Shown one piece after another: positions 47,101 to 57,839 of a stretch of DNA of 64,000 bases (positions are counted from its first letter, which is position 1; each line of letters opens with the position of its first letter). This stretch comes from a virus. Position numbers and translations under genes: made by a program. The notes beneath the pieces were generated by a model. It searched no databases and had not been told where the DNA came from. It saw only the letters and a program-made list of their open reading frames with translations. Location: IMG/VR virus record IMGVR_UViG_3300027782_000047, positions 1 to 64,000 of that record. One strand, 5' to 3'.

Positions 47101-50100
47101 ACTAGAGTACTATGTTGCATTGACAACATTGGAAAAGGATGCAGCCTCAACAAAAATTCTGGACAACAATGGTCTTGAACGCTCAAAATATGGTATTCTT
47201 GTTGATAACTTCACATCAAAAGATTCACAAGCAACATTCTCAGATGCAGATTATGATAACAGAAACTTGATTGATGCTGGAAGATTGTATCCAGCTTCTC
47301 TAATGAGAACTGTTGCATTGGAAGCAAATACATCATTAAGCACCGGTGCAACAAAAGTTGTTGGAACTGGTACCAAAAAAGCATTGATGCTTTCATACAC
47401 AACTTCTGAATTTGCAAAGCAACCTTATGCAACAAAATCTTTAGCGATTGCTGATGCAACATTTGCTAACTTTAAAGGTAAAACAAAACTGTTCCCAGAA
47501 TTTACTGGAGATGTTGATACTGGTTCTACAGCGAGAGTTACACTAAATTCAACTCAGGGCATTGATAATGCTTTCAACTTTATCAATGATGCATTTAAGT
47601 ATGTTGCTGACAATAATAAACAATGGGCTGATGATAGAAATAGTCCCTTTGCTCAAATTGCTGATAGTAAATGGTATAAAACTTTAAGAGAAACAGATTA
47701 TACTAAACAAACAACCATACATTTAGGCGGAAGAACTTTCGGTCAATATGCAGCCGTTAATGACAACACTTATTTGACTAAGGGCGCAGAACTAAATCAG
47801 AAACAAATTTCCACATCAACTTCACAAGTGGACGTTGGAACTTTTGTTACAGATTTGGCTATTCAACCATACATGAAGTCAAAGCAAATTCTTTTTGCTA
47901 CCGAAGGCATGAGACCTTCAACAGTAATGTATTCTTTCTTTGACGAAACTGATGTTAACAAATATATTGTAGTGCCAAACAAAGTTACTTTGAATGCTAA
48001 TACAACTTTGATTTCTGGCGAATCAGTTCTTACAGCAAACACTATTGCAGACTTGACCGCAAACTTAGTAAGTCTATTATCTGGTGGAAATTCTTTTGAT
48101 GCTGGATTTGTTGTTGTAAGTGAGATTGGATCTGCTAATGTCTCTATTATTAATGAAACAGGTAAACCTCTTTCAGGTAAATATGTTTATGGACTAGACA
48201 GCGGTAAATATTACACAGTAAGTTCCGTAAATGACCATCGTTCCGGTGTAACAAGAGGCGTTAGTGCTTCAACGATTACTCTTGCTTCCGATGCGCCAGC
48301 TTACAGCATAGTTGGAAACACGATTACTCTTATTCGTTCAACTTCATCGTTTGAAGGAGTGGGAGCACAATTTACAGTAACATCGTATGATACTAGCACA
48401 AAGGTTGCTACCGTAAGTGGAGCAAGTGCATATGCTGGTGGAACATATGTCTATAGTTTTGGAACAAATAGAACGAACACTTTGGGACAAGTTGGCGGTG
48501 CATTCTATATGCCAAAAGCAACGTTTCGTTCGGGTGAAAGAAACTTCCGCGTTACTGAATCTTTTAATAATACATATGACGCAGATTCAATTTCGTTCTC
48601 AGATAAAACATACAACGCAACTGGTCTAACAGTAAGCAAAACAACTCTTGTTGATACTGTATTGAATGTTGATGTTGATAGAAAAATTGTTGGCACACAA
48701 ACTTCCGACAGATTGATTGGTTCTGTAGCATCTGGCCAAGAATTTTTATATGCGTGGTCTACTACCGATCCACTTGCACAAACATTCTTTGTTGATCCTG
48801 TAGTATATCCACAAGGTTTGTTCTTAAGTAGTGTTGATTTATTCTTTAAAGCAAAAGATGATGGCAATTTGCCAGTGACAATGCAAATTCGTCCAACGGT
48901 AAATGGATTCCCATCTTCTGATTACTGGTATCCAGAATCTGTTGTCACCAAGTATCCTTCTCAAATCAATGTTTCTGAAACGCCGAGTGTTGCTGATTCA
49001 AGCACATCTACTAATTTTGAATTTAGTTTCCCTGTCTATTTAAAGCCGGGTCTATACGCATTAATTGTTTTGGCTGATACTCAAGATTATATTGTTTGGG
49101 AAGCTGAAAAGGGTAGTTCAACTACCAACAATGAATATGTGGATAAACAACCATATATGGGAACTTTATATAAATCACAAAATACCGCTGAATGGACTCC
49201 TTTTATTAATGAAGATTTGATGTTTAGGTTAAATCGTTGCGTTTTTACAACGAACACTAATGCAACATATTACCTAAGAAATCAAGCACTACCTACTAGC
49301 ACAAACTATGACAAAATAAGATTGATTACAAATTCAATTGTACCAGATGCAAAGGTTACATCGTTGACGCATAGCATCGCAACGACTACGATTTCGGGCG
49401 CAAAAGAATCTTCATTTAGAACATTGTCTCCAGGACAAACATATGATTTTTCCGCTGATGATTTGTATCAAGTTGGTTATCGCAGAAAGAAAATGTTCAA
49501 TGCAAATGATTTTACATTGAAACTTGATATGACAACAACAAGTGATGCTGTGTCGCCAATCTTCTCATTAGAATCTGCTTATGTTAACATGTGGGAAAAC
49601 TATATTGACAATGCAGAAATTAATTCTGAAGACTTCACTATCACTGCTCCCGGCAGAGGATACAATAACGCAAACTCAATTATTATCACAAGTTCATCTG
49701 GTACAGGAGCAAATGCAAACGTAACTGTTGATGGTAATGGTAATGTTATTGCAATTTATGTTACATCGCCAGGATCAGGCTATTTGGATGACTTTACTAT
49801 TTCATATCCAGATACCGGCAATTCAACCACAGTTACATCTAATGCAGTTATTGAATTGAATAGTGAATATGATTCTTCGGGTGGTCCATGTCTAGCACGG
49901 TACATCACTAAGCCAGTTAAGTTAGCTGATGGATATGATGCTGGTGATTTGCGTGTATTCCTTGGCGCAAACAAACCCGGATCTTCGGAAGTTTCTGTAT
50001 TCTACAAAGTATTGTCCGACAGCGATGCAACACCATTTAAAGATAGACCATATCAAAAAATGGTTTGTATTAATCCTACTGTAACATCATCGCCCGATAA

Positions 50101-50287
50101 TGAAACCTTCCGCGATTATGAGTTTCGCCCATCGGCTACAACAAATGCAATCACATACGCTGGAACAAATGGAGTAACATATAATTCATTTAAAACTTTT
50201 GCTATTAAAATTGTATTGACTTCTAGTGATCCAGCGATTGTTCCAAGTGTTAAAGACTTGCGTATCATCGCAACTCCAGCCGAGTAA
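44114..50287 (+). CDS. VrlC-like large baseplate/virion structural protein (DUF4815-type)
   Basis: PYYDDFDEDKNF.RVLFRPG..VQARELTQLQ, DPLAQTF, DLRIIA end; 2057 aa. Confidence 0.85.
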   Translation: MTATFNYDPYYDDFDEDKNFMRVLFRPGYSVQARELTQLQTILANQIEKFGNHIFKSGSPIVGGKVSLDNKANYIVLSAQYNSLDVDATQFLNKTVVSYNSSKIIRARVIAIDTSTANPILILKYLSGERFSESDEIRVYGQEIYAQLRSTAAVGGSFVAKLQEGIYYFKGQFVKVVPQYLVIEIFYRIGYNTTTINANPSYKIGIEFTETIVDEVDDTSLLDPAQGAFNYQAPGAERFAIQTSLSKRTLDSADISTFFEIVRLVNGIKTKEIEYPIYSEIEKTLARRTHDESGNYTVDPFVISLEEGDTANGKFSVVLDPGKAYVSGYEFETIAPTIISVDRARDVSNVSSFDLPTNYESSLVLANVRGTLDITSFPSLDIHSVPLTNISLSTTATYNSTKIGTIYANMIRYNDSTLSSNGNSHSHIVNTFGANTTPITGTLAASGSSATTIAIPAAFNAGLPLNAYANMYFQITNGAGASLSPILITSSNTVTLNLASSLNFIPGSNTFTIQSDIKNAESLVQNGGSYIQFGGNIDVDSKNPTTGFVSISEPARTSLVFETPYEAIKANTISNMDFQVRKLYQGTTVGSSGVFTVTASGTDTFSFSSGVDPLSNSQIQDNIICFVRSDSASNTQYGIQPNTVISLSQSGFAVTPISASQFSINLKATQTIKVDLLIKTKINNAEDGTNGVTKRKQLIPITGGTDLHSLIPYEMNTAGTQGTTVLYSASTSGEVTYFAGGAVFKSIGATNFDNGTVLTDLRTPGKAVSLQVPDVYEIIGIYDSKNTGSNVTSAMLTTATNDITSYYEFDNGQRKTHYDHATIKLKRGYSAPVGKVFVQYRYFKSLSGFAGLFDVDSYSKGSNISYDEISKFDNKEDKKLIPLRGAFDFRPYRAIGGTSLSGALNPEPLENITMNYDYYLPRIDQVVVKSSREIGVLKGQSAVVPVPPPVDKKDMLIYTLYIPAYTESVKDIRADFKNHRRYTMSDIQAFEDRIRGLEYYVALTTLEKDAASTKILDNNGLERSKYGILVDNFTSKDSQATFSDADYDNRNLIDAGRLYPASLMRTVALEANTSLSTGATKVVGTGTKKALMLSYTTSEFAKQPYATKSLAIADATFANFKGKTKLFPEFTGDVDTGSTARVTLNSTQGIDNAFNFINDAFKYVADNNKQWADDRNSPFAQIADSKWYKTLRETDYTKQTTIHLGGRTFGQYAAVNDNTYLTKGAELNQKQISTSTSQVDVGTFVTDLAIQPYMKSKQILFATEGMRPSTVMYSFFDETDVNKYIVVPNKVTLNANTTLISGESVLTANTIADLTANLVSLLSGGNSFDAGFVVVSEIGSANVSIINETGKPLSGKYVYGLDSGKYYTVSSVNDHRSGVTRGVSASTITLASDAPAYSIVGNTITLIRSTSSFEGVGAQFTVTSYDTSTKVATVSGASAYAGGTYVYSFGTNRTNTLGQVGGAFYMPKATFRSGERNFRVTESFNNTYDADSISFSDKTYNATGLTVSKTTLVDTVLNVDVDRKIVGTQTSDRLIGSVASGQEFLYAWSTTDPLAQTFFVDPVVYPQGLFLSSVDLFFKAKDDGNLPVTMQIRPTVNGFPSSDYWYPESVVTKYPSQINVSETPSVADSSTSTNFEFSFPVYLKPGLYALIVLADTQDYIVWEAEKGSSTTNNEYVDKQPYMGTLYKSQNTAEWTPFINEDLMFRLNRCVFTTNTNATYYLRNQALPTSTNYDKIRLITNSIVPDAKVTSLTHSIATTTISGAKESSFRTLSPGQTYDFSADDLYQVGYRRKKMFNANDFTLKLDMTTTSDAVSPIFSLESAYVNMWENYIDNAEINSEDFTITAPGRGYNNANSIIITSSSGTGANANVTVDGNGNVIAIYVTSPGSGYLDDFTISYPDTGNSTTVTSNAVIELNSEYDSSGGPCLARYITKPVKLADGYDAGDLRVFLGANKPGSSEVSVFYKVLSDSDATPFKDRPYQKMVCINPTVTSSPDNETFRDYEFRPSATTNAITYAGTNGVTYNSFKTFAIKIVLTSSDPAIVPSVKDLRIIATPAE

Positions 50288-50289
50288 TC

Positions 50290-50523
50290 ATGTTTGTGAA
50301 AGTTGAAGGTACCAATTTTATTAAAGATACTGGCACAAACGCCCTGTTGATGACTGGGCGGAATGCCTTGGCTGAAAATGAAGCGAGGAAAAAACTTGCT
50401 GATAGGATGAATGGCAAAAATAATGAGATAAATAACTTGAAGAATCAGGTAGAAGAACTATCTTCTGATATGAAGGAAATCAAGTCCCTACTAAACGCAT
50501 TGCTGAAACAGAGTAAAGAATAA
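50290..50523 (+). CDS. small coiled-coil conserved virion-region protein
   Basis: KVEG...KD..TNA; C-terminal heptads. Confidence 0.75.
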   Translation: MFVKVEGTNFIKDTGTNALLMTGRNALAENEARKKLADRMNGKNNEINNLKNQVEELSSDMKEIKSLLNALLKQSKE

Positions 50524-53500
50524 TGGCACTCAATAACATTACAAGAACAAATACAATTGATGAATGGCGCATTCAGACTAATTTGGCAGCCAATGCGCTT
50601 AATCAAATTGAGACTGGTAATTACAATAAAACTAACGGAACATTCACCATTTCTTCAAATGGTGCATTGTCTATTATCGCACAAGGAACTGCATTATCTG
50701 TTGCCAACGGTGCATTGTTTCAGAGTAATGTTTCTATTGGTAAAGAAATTGTTTTGGGTTCTGAAGTATCACAAACCGGCAATTTATTGGTTGGTAATGC
50801 AGTTTACATTTATGGTCAAGCAACCGCTCTTTATGTTGCGAATAATATAATTTCTAATGGTAGTATTGTTGTTCAAAATACAATTAAAACAAACAATATA
50901 ACAGCAAATTCAAATGTAGTTGTTGTTGGTACAGCAAACGTAGGATATCTAGGTGTAGCAAATAGTGGTTATGTTGGCACAACTTTAACTGTTGTTGGTA
51001 ACACAGCAGTGGGTAATTTGACAACAGCAAATTCTGTCTTTGCTGATAATGCTAGAATTACAACAAACATTGCTTTTGGTAGTTTACTACAGTCATATGC
51101 TAACGCTAATGCCTATGTGTCAAACACAGGTTCCGTTGTTGCTAACAATGCTAGATTCATTGCTAACACTTCTATTGGAGAAGAATTAACAACCATTACG
51201 GTGAATGCAACAAATGTTAGGGTAACAGCAAATGCTAATGCCGCACATTTCACAGCTTCACAATCGGTTGTTGCAGACACTGCTAGATTTGCAACGAATG
51301 TTGCTTTTGGTAGTTCGCTACAATCATATGCTAATGGAACTTCTTTTGTCGCAAATGGTGGATCTGTTGTTGCCAACACCGCTACAATTAATGCCAACAC
51401 TTCCGTCGGTGGGCATATTGTTGTAACAAACTCGGTTGTTTCGGACACTGCTAGATTTATAACTAATGTTGCTTTTGGCAGTTCACTAGAATCATATGCT
51501 AATGGAACTTCTTTTGTCGCAAATGGTGGATCTGTTGTTGCCAACACCGCTACAATTAATGCCAACACCAGTGTTGGTGGACATATTGTTGTAACAAACT
51601 CGGTTGTTTCGGACACTGCTAGATTTGCAACGAATGTTGCTTTTGGCAGTTCTTTACAATCATATGCTAATGGAACTTCTTTTGTCGCAAATGGTGGATC
51701 TGTTGTTGCTAATAATGCTAGAATTAACGTCAACACTTCTGTTGGTCAAGAATTAACTACAGTTACGGTTAACGCAACAAACTCAAGAGTTTCTGGAAAT
51801 GCTAATGCCGCACATTTTACTACTAGTGCTGGTGGTTCTGTTGTTGCAGATAGTTTAAGAATAACAAGCGCAACTCAATCTGCCAATATCAGCGGTAATG
51901 TTATTGCCGGAAATGTAAATACGCAGGGTATGGTATACGCTGGATCTATAGTATCCACTGGTATGTTAAAATCCTTTGATATGGAAGTAGATCAGGATCT
52001 TACTGTTAATCGTAATCTAACCGTAGATGGAAATTTTGTTCTGTCTGGTGATATTGTTTATGATACAGATAATTTTACCATTAGCACAGTAACTCCAGTA
52101 ACAACTACAGGTGCTGGTTATTTTGGTGTTTTTAGGGGAAATACAATTGGTGGTGTTTTTGGTCATAACGGCCTGGTAAATACTGACGCTAATGCATATA
52201 TTCGTTGGAGTGCATCTGCTAACAACTGGCAAATTCGTGATGTATTCAACCCTAGTATATCAACGTCATATTCTAAAATACTTACTGCAAATTTAATTAC
52301 TGTAAGCACTTCATCCGTAAGTAATAATGATTTTGCATCTTCATGGTTAATGAAAAACTATGTTGATAATGCAAATACAAATTTACAGAATTATATTGAT
52401 GTTGCTAACACCAGCATGAAAAGTTATGTTGACACAGCAAATACCAATTTAAAGAGTTATGTTGATACTGCAAATACAAATGTTGTTAGATATGTTAATA
52501 CACAAGTTACATCCAATGTTCTGAATTCTGGTGCCGCAGTTGTTGTCGCACAAAACTTTGCTACTGCGGTTGATGATTCTGATCCGGGCAATGGTAACTT
52601 TAAATTTAATAATGCAACGATTGCATCAGCAACTTTTGCATACATGGACAACTTGGACACATATGCACAAACAATTACTGGAATATTGTCCACATATGGC
52701 GATTCAACCAATGCAGTAAAAGGACATTTGAGATTCTCTGTCTTTGGTTCATCAACTACAAAATTTGCAGTTTTTGCTATTACATCATCAACAGCAGCCT
52801 CTGGTTACTATAAAGTTGGTCTGACTTATGTTTCTGGCGCAGGAACATTTAGCGGTGGCGATCTCGTTATGGTTCAATATTCTAGAGCGGGCAATTTGGG
52901 CGCACAGGGACCAACAGGAGCACAGGGACCAACAGGAGCACAAGGACCACAGGGACCTCAAGGACCACAGGGACCTCAAGGAACAAATGGTACAATAGGT
53001 GTTAATGGTGCACCGGGCGGACCTGGACCAACAGGACCGCAAGGACCAACAGGAGCGCAAGGTGCTCAAGGTGCTCAAGGCGCTCAAGGACCAACAGGAC
53101 CTCAAGGACCAACAGGAGCGCAAGGGCCACTTGGACCAACAGGACCTACAGGACCACTTGGACCAACAGGACCGCAAGGACCACTTGGACCTACAGGACC
53201 AACAGGACCACTTGGACCTACAGGACCACTTGGACCGACAGGACCAACAGGACCAACAGGACCACAAGGTCCAACTGGTGCCCAAGGTCCGACTGGTGCC
53301 CAAGGAGCCCAAGGCGCACAGGGACCATCAGGAACAATTACTAATACATCTTATCAAATGACTTCTCTTGGTGTTGGTACAGCAGCCTCGGGAACAACTG
53401 GTGAAATTCGTGCTACTGGTGCTATAACTGCTGGTTATTCTGACGATAGATTGAAAACAAGACTGGGTAATATTGAAAATTCTCTTATTAAAATTGCAGC

Positions 53501-53753
53501 CATTTCTGGATTCTATTATGAGCCTAATGAAATAGCTCAAGATTTAGGATATGAATTAAAAAGAGAAATTGGTGTATCCGCTCAAGAAATTCAAGCAGTT
53601 CTTCCAGAAGTTGTCGTTTCTGCTCCAGTAGACGATCAATATTTAACTGTTCATTATGAAAAACTTGTTCCTTTATTAATTGAAGCTATTAAAGAATTGA
53701 TTAAAGGATTCAAAGATTTGAAAGATGAAGTTGACGAATTAAAGAAGAAATAA
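50523..53753 (+). CDS. long tail fibre with beta repeats, coiled coil, collagen stalk and S74 chaperone
   Basis: TIDEWR..TN N-terminus, 56-aa repeats, (Gly-X-Y)n, SDDRLK...GVSAQE...[15 protein letters not shown]. Confidence 0.88.
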   Translation: MALNNITRTNTIDEWRIQTNLAANALNQIETGNYNKTNGTFTISSNGALSIIAQGTALSVANGALFQSNVSIGKEIVLGSEVSQTGNLLVGNAVYIYGQATALYVANNIISNGSIVVQNTIKTNNITANSNVVVVGTANVGYLGVANSGYVGTTLTVVGNTAVGNLTTANSVFADNARITTNIAFGSLLQSYANANAYVSNTGSVVANNARFIANTSIGEELTTITVNATNVRVTANANAAHFTASQSVVADTARFATNVAFGSSLQSYANGTSFVANGGSVVANTATINANTSVGGHIVVTNSVVSDTARFITNVAFGSSLESYANGTSFVANGGSVVANTATINANTSVGGHIVVTNSVVSDTARFATNVAFGSSLQSYANGTSFVANGGSVVANNARINVNTSVGQELTTVTVNATNSRVSGNANAAHFTTSAGGSVVADSLRITSATQSANISGNVIAGNVNTQGMVYAGSIVSTGMLKSFDMEVDQDLTVNRNLTVDGNFVLSGDIVYDTDNFTISTVTPVTTTGAGYFGVFRGNTIGGVFGHNGLVNTDANAYIRWSASANNWQIRDVFNPSISTSYSKILTANLITVSTSSVSNNDFASSWLMKNYVDNANTNLQNYIDVANTSMKSYVDTANTNLKSYVDTANTNVVRYVNTQVTSNVLNSGAAVVVAQNFATAVDDSDPGNGNFKFNNATIASATFAYMDNLDTYAQTITGILSTYGDSTNAVKGHLRFSVFGSSTTKFAVFAITSSTAASGYYKVGLTYVSGAGTFSGGDLVMVQYSRAGNLGAQGPTGAQGPTGAQGPQGPQGPQGPQGTNGTIGVNGAPGGPGPTGPQGPTGAQGAQGAQGAQGPTGPQGPTGAQGPLGPTGPTGPLGPTGPQGPLGPTGPTGPLGPTGPLGPTGPTGPTGPQGPTGAQGPTGAQGAQGAQGPSGTITNTSYQMTSLGVGTAASGTTGEIRATGAITAGYSDDRLKTRLGNIENSLIKIAAISGFYYEPNEIAQDLGYELKREIGVSAQEIQAVLPEVVVSAPVDDQYLTVHYEKLVPLLIEAIKELIKGFKDLKDEVDELKKK
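51276..51720 (+). repeat. intragenic 168-bp tandem repeat (~2.6 copies)
   Basis: GACACTGCTAGATTT... recurs at 51276, 51444 and 51612, near-identical. Confidence 0.9.
52890..53336 (+). repeat. collagen-like Gly-X-Y repeat ([12 protein letters not shown])
   Basis: Direct translation. Confidence 0.95.
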
Positions 53754-53754
53754 G

Positions 53755-54087
53755 ATGGCCGCATTTTCAGAAATCGTTATAGAGCAAGGCGCAACATTCA
53801 ACACTACAATTAATGTTGAAGATACCGCTGGTGCCGCAATTAACCTTTTTGGTTATACAGCAAACTCCATGATGCGTAAATCATACTATTCATCAAGTGC
53901 AACAACAATTACATCTACAGTAACAGGTACAGCAAATGGTGAAGTAACCCTTCGTGTAACTGCGGCTAATACTGCGGCATTAACACCAGGAAGATATGTG
54001 TATGATGTTATTATTACATCTCCAACATCTGTGGTAACAAGAGTTGTTGAAGGGATTGTTACCGTCTTACCTTCAGTTACGAGGTAA
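53755..54087 (+). CDS. small virion adaptor protein
   Basis: IEQGATF...MRKSY...GRYVYDV...RVVEG. Confidence 0.75.
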   Translation: MAAFSEIVIEQGATFNTTINVEDTAGAAINLFGYTANSMMRKSYYSSSATTITSTVTGTANGEVTLRVTAANTAALTPGRYVYDVIITSPTSVVTRVVEGIVTVLPSVTR

Positions 54088-54089
54088 TT

Positions 54090-54344
54090 ATGGTTACAGC
54101 TAGAATCAATACTCCAGGAGTGATTGGTAAAGTTGCTGTTCGCCCAAATCAAAGAACAACAATCGCAGATCCAAAGTTTACTCCTAAACCTAATGTTGGT
54201 TTAGTTGAATTGTTTGATACCGCTATTGACCAAGCAGAGGAAGGCGACATTATTACATATGTCGCCAGCTCAGGAAAGTTTGAGAATCAGCAACTTGGAA
54301 ATGTAAGTGTACAAGTTCCCAGAATAAATGGTGGGTTTTTTTGA
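54090..54344 (+). CDS. small virion protein ending NGGFF
   Basis: 84 aa ORF. Confidence 0.75.
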   Translation: MVTARINTPGVIGKVAVRPNQRTTIADPKFTPKPNVGLVELFDTAIDQAEEGDIITYVASSGKFENQQLGNVSVQVPRINGGFF

Positions 54345-54398
54345 TTTACCAAATTCATAAATAGAATAATAAGAAGATTCCACAACTAAGGAACCATA

Positions 54399-56054
54399 AT
54401 GGCAAATACAGTAATTCAGTTAAAATATTCTACCGCAACCAATAAACCGCCTACACTTAACGTAGCGGAACCAGCATATTCTAACGTATCAAGTACTCTT
54501 TGGATTGATGATGGAACGGGTGTTGTAGCAATTGGTGGTAAAGCATATACCGATAAAATTGATGCCGCTGCCTCAGCCGCGACTGCTAACGTTCTTGTTA
54601 AGAGAGATACCACAGGTAACGCATCGTTCAATTACATTACTGCTAACATTGTTGGTAGTATTTTCGGTAACGCTACAAGCGCAGATAAGTGGTTTACTCC
54701 TAGAAACATTGGTGTTTCTGGTGATGCAACAGGTATTATTTCCGTTGATGGTACAGCAAACGCTAACATTCCATTAGTTCTTTCCAACTCTGGCGTGGCT
54801 GCTGGAAATTATGGCGGTGCAACAAATGCCGCAGTAATTTCTGTAGATACAAAGGGTCGTGTAACATACGCGGCTAACGTTCCTATTTCTTCTACACTAA
54901 ACTTCTCGGGTGATGTTGGTGCGGCTCCAGGAACATTATCTCTAATCTCTGATACCCTAACAATCAAGGGTAGTTTAAACGGAGGTATTAGCACCAATGC
55001 TGTTGATGCAAACAATACGGTACTTGTTAATGTTGATAATACAGTTCTTAGAAATTCTGGAAATCAATTTATTACAGGCGACTTGTCACTAACAGGAAGT
55101 TTGTTTATTGCTGGTAATACCACAACAGTAGATACTACAACAATATCAACCTCAGACTCTTTAATTAGACTAGCCGCAAACAACAATAGTGATCTTTTAG
55201 ATATCGGTTTCTATGGCGTAGCTAATTCGAATACAAATGTAACAGGTAGCACAGTATATCACGGTCTTGTTCGTAGAGCCCAAGCCAATGAGTTCTTCTT
55301 GTTCAAAGGACTAACGACAGATCCAACCTCAAATGTTTTACCAACGGGTTCAATAAGAGGATCTAATACAGCAACACTGATTGCGAACTTAACTGCCGGT
55401 ATGATTTCTGGTCTTGCTAACACTATTGGTGTTGTTGACGGCGGTACTGGAGTAGGCACATTTGCAGTTGGTAGCATTCTAGTTGGCGATGGAACAAATT
55501 CATTAAAAATACTCGCTAATACAGGTACTGCAGGAGCATATGGTTCAGCATCTAATACATTAATTGTCACTACGGATACTTATGGTCGTGTATCAGCTAT
55601 TACAAATAGTGCAATTCAAATTAATGCATCTAATATTGTATCTGGCAACTTAGCAATTAATAGAGGCGGTACAAACAACGATTCTTACACAACTGGTGCC
55701 GCAGTATTCTATGATGGTACTGCAATCAAGACATTAGCAAATACTGGTACAGCGAACACTTATGGTTCAGCATCTTATGTTCCTGTTATTACAACTGATG
55801 CATTAGGTCGTGTTTCTGGTGTAAGCAACACCGCAATCAATATTGATACAAGCGCAGTCGTTTCCGGCACACTAGGTATCGCAAGAGGCGGTTCAGGAGC
55901 ATCTTCATTCTCAATTAAGGGTGTTATTGTTTCTGATGCGGCATCAACAACTGGTGCATTGTCTGCATTGACTTCACCAACCGAAGGTCATCTATTACAA
56001 ATTAACTCATCTGGAGCACCAACTTTTGCACACCTAAATGGTGGAACATTCTAA
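54399..56054 (+). CDS. tail fibre protein
   Basis: MANTVIQLK N-terminus, AGxYG...TD.YGRV repeats, GGTG motifs, NGGTF end; late promoter CATAAATA at 54356. Confidence 0.85.
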   Translation: MANTVIQLKYSTATNKPPTLNVAEPAYSNVSSTLWIDDGTGVVAIGGKAYTDKIDAAASAATANVLVKRDTTGNASFNYITANIVGSIFGNATSADKWFTPRNIGVSGDATGIISVDGTANANIPLVLSNSGVAAGNYGGATNAAVISVDTKGRVTYAANVPISSTLNFSGDVGAAPGTLSLISDTLTIKGSLNGGISTNAVDANNTVLVNVDNTVLRNSGNQFITGDLSLTGSLFIAGNTTTVDTTTISTSDSLIRLAANNNSDLLDIGFYGVANSNTNVTGSTVYHGLVRRAQANEFFLFKGLTTDPTSNVLPTGSIRGSNTATLIANLTAGMISGLANTIGVVDGGTGVGTFAVGSILVGDGTNSLKILANTGTAGAYGSASNTLIVTTDTYGRVSAITNSAIQINASNIVSGNLAINRGGTNNDSYTTGAAVFYDGTAIKTLANTGTANTYGSASYVPVITTDALGRVSGVSNTAINIDTSAVVSGTLGIARGGSGASSFSIKGVIVSDAASTTGALSALTSPTEGHLLQINSSGAPTFAHLNGGTF

Positions 56055-56076
56055 ATTATAATGAAAGGATTTTATT

Positions 56077-56640
56077 ATGGATGTGAGATTACAAAATGCT
56101 TATGTAGAGGTTTTGCTTGGCAATTTTATGGAAGTTGTCAAGCAGAATTTAATGTTTCAAGCACAAATTGAAGTAAATAAGAATAGTTTACAAGAAGCAG
56201 AAGATTCAGTAAGAAGATTAAAAGAAGTTTCGGACGCAAATATTAATTATCAAACTCAACTTGTTGAAAAAGATAAACTCATAAACGAGTTAACAACAGA
56301 AAGAAATAATTTAAAAAGCTCTTCAGGAAATAATGATTCTTTGAAACAAGAAAAAGATAGATTGCAAAGTGCAGTTAATGACTACATGAGGCAATTAAAA
56401 TCTGCACAACAAGATGTGTTGACCGCTAAGAGTGAATCCCAAAATGTTTTAATGCAAAACAATAATCGGATTGAAGAACTCACTAAATATGTTGCAAGAT
56501 TGGAAACTGTAGTTCCAGCAAACAAACTTAAAAAAGTTAAACTTGGTGAAGTTGTTCAACCTGATGCTCCAGAAATTACAGTTGAAGAACCTGTTCTTCC
56601 AATTGATGATGATACTGTAAAATCTGGCGGAACATTCTAA
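56077..56640 (+). CDS. coiled-coil protein ending SGGTF
   Basis: 187 aa heptad-rich ORF with AAGGA SD. Confidence 0.8.
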   Translation: MDVRLQNAYVEVLLGNFMEVVKQNLMFQAQIEVNKNSLQEAEDSVRRLKEVSDANINYQTQLVEKDKLINELTTERNNLKSSSGNNDSLKQEKDRLQSAVNDYMRQLKSAQQDVLTAKSESQNVLMQNNNRIEELTKYVARLETVVPANKLKKVKLGEVVQPDAPEITVEEPVLPIDDDTVKSGGTF

Positions 56641-56650
56641 GATTCGGTAA

Positions 56651-57808
56651 ATGGCAAATACAGTAATTCAATTAAAAAATTCGGGCGCATCAGGTAATAC
56701 ACCAGGTACTTTGCAACCGGGTGAATTGGCTATTAACTATGCCGATGGTAAACTGTATTATGGAAATCAAGCAAATACGCCAGTTTTATTTGATGTTATA
56801 ACTGAGCCTGGCGGTCTAAATCAAGAAATTCAATTTAATGATTCTGGTGCATTTGGCGCATCAGCAAATCTAAAATTTGACAAGACAACAAAAACATTAA
56901 CTACGAATAAAATTGTTTCGGCTAATATTGAAGTTTCATCAAACTTAGTCGCAGAAAATGTAATCGCACATACAGCATTGTATGTTGGCATTGCAGACAT
57001 TTCTCATACACCTCTAGCGAACTCATTAGGTTACTTTACAGGAAATTCTTCTCCATACGTTCAAGTAAACCTTGAAAATATTAATCCTAATGGTTCGGCT
57101 GATTGGGTTGCTACTGCTGACGTTGGTAGTGATTCAACATTCTACACTGACTTAGGTATTCAAAACTCTGCACACACTGATGGAACAATTAAACCACTAG
57201 ATGGTTATTTGTTAGTGCAAGGTAACACAGGTCAAATTGGTGGTAATCTAATAATTGGTACCATTTCTGGAACACCAGGGCAAGAAATCCGTGTAGTTGT
57301 TGATGGCAATCAAGATGCGAATGTAGTCTTAAAAATTAATTCTTCTGGTTTGCAGATGGTCAGAGGTGATATCACAAGTAATATCACTACAAGAATTAGT
57401 AACGTTTCAAACTCAGCATTTGCACAAGCTAACTTAGCATACAACGCAGCCAATTCCGCGGTAACATCAGGACAAGCTAACGTTGGTGCAGGTTTAATTG
57501 TTGTTACGGGAAGAACAAATTCAGCATTTGGACAAGCTAATTTGGCTTTTGATAAAGCAAACTCAGCTAGTGGTTTAGCACAAGCCGCATATGATTATGC
57601 TAATACCGTTTCTGTTGGAGGAGGAACTTCTTCATCAGATTATTTTCCAACTGCGCCTTATGGTTTTGTTACTGAAAGTTTGGTTGCTCTCGTTTCAGAT
57701 AATACATTCATACAAGGAGAACTGGCTGGACCAGTTTATGATTGTTCAGATAATCCAATAACACCCGAAGGCTTTTATTTGGAAAAAGACCTTGGCTATT
57801 TAACCTAA
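56651..57808 (+). CDS. tail fibre protein
   Basis: MANTVIQLK...GELAINYADGKLYY, IQFNDSG.FG, QANLA repeats. Confidence 0.85.
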   Translation: MANTVIQLKNSGASGNTPGTLQPGELAINYADGKLYYGNQANTPVLFDVITEPGGLNQEIQFNDSGAFGASANLKFDKTTKTLTTNKIVSANIEVSSNLVAENVIAHTALYVGIADISHTPLANSLGYFTGNSSPYVQVNLENINPNGSADWVATADVGSDSTFYTDLGIQNSAHTDGTIKPLDGYLLVQGNTGQIGGNLIIGTISGTPGQEIRVVVDGNQDANVVLKINSSGLQMVRGDITSNITTRISNVSNSAFAQANLAYNAANSAVTSGQANVGAGLIVVTGRTNSAFGQANLAFDKANSASGLAQAAYDYANTVSVGGGTSSSDYFPTAPYGFVTESLVALVSDNTFIQGELAGPVYDCSDNPITPEGFYLEKDLGYLT

Positions 57809-57839
57809 CATAAATAGATTGATAATTTAAGGATATTAA

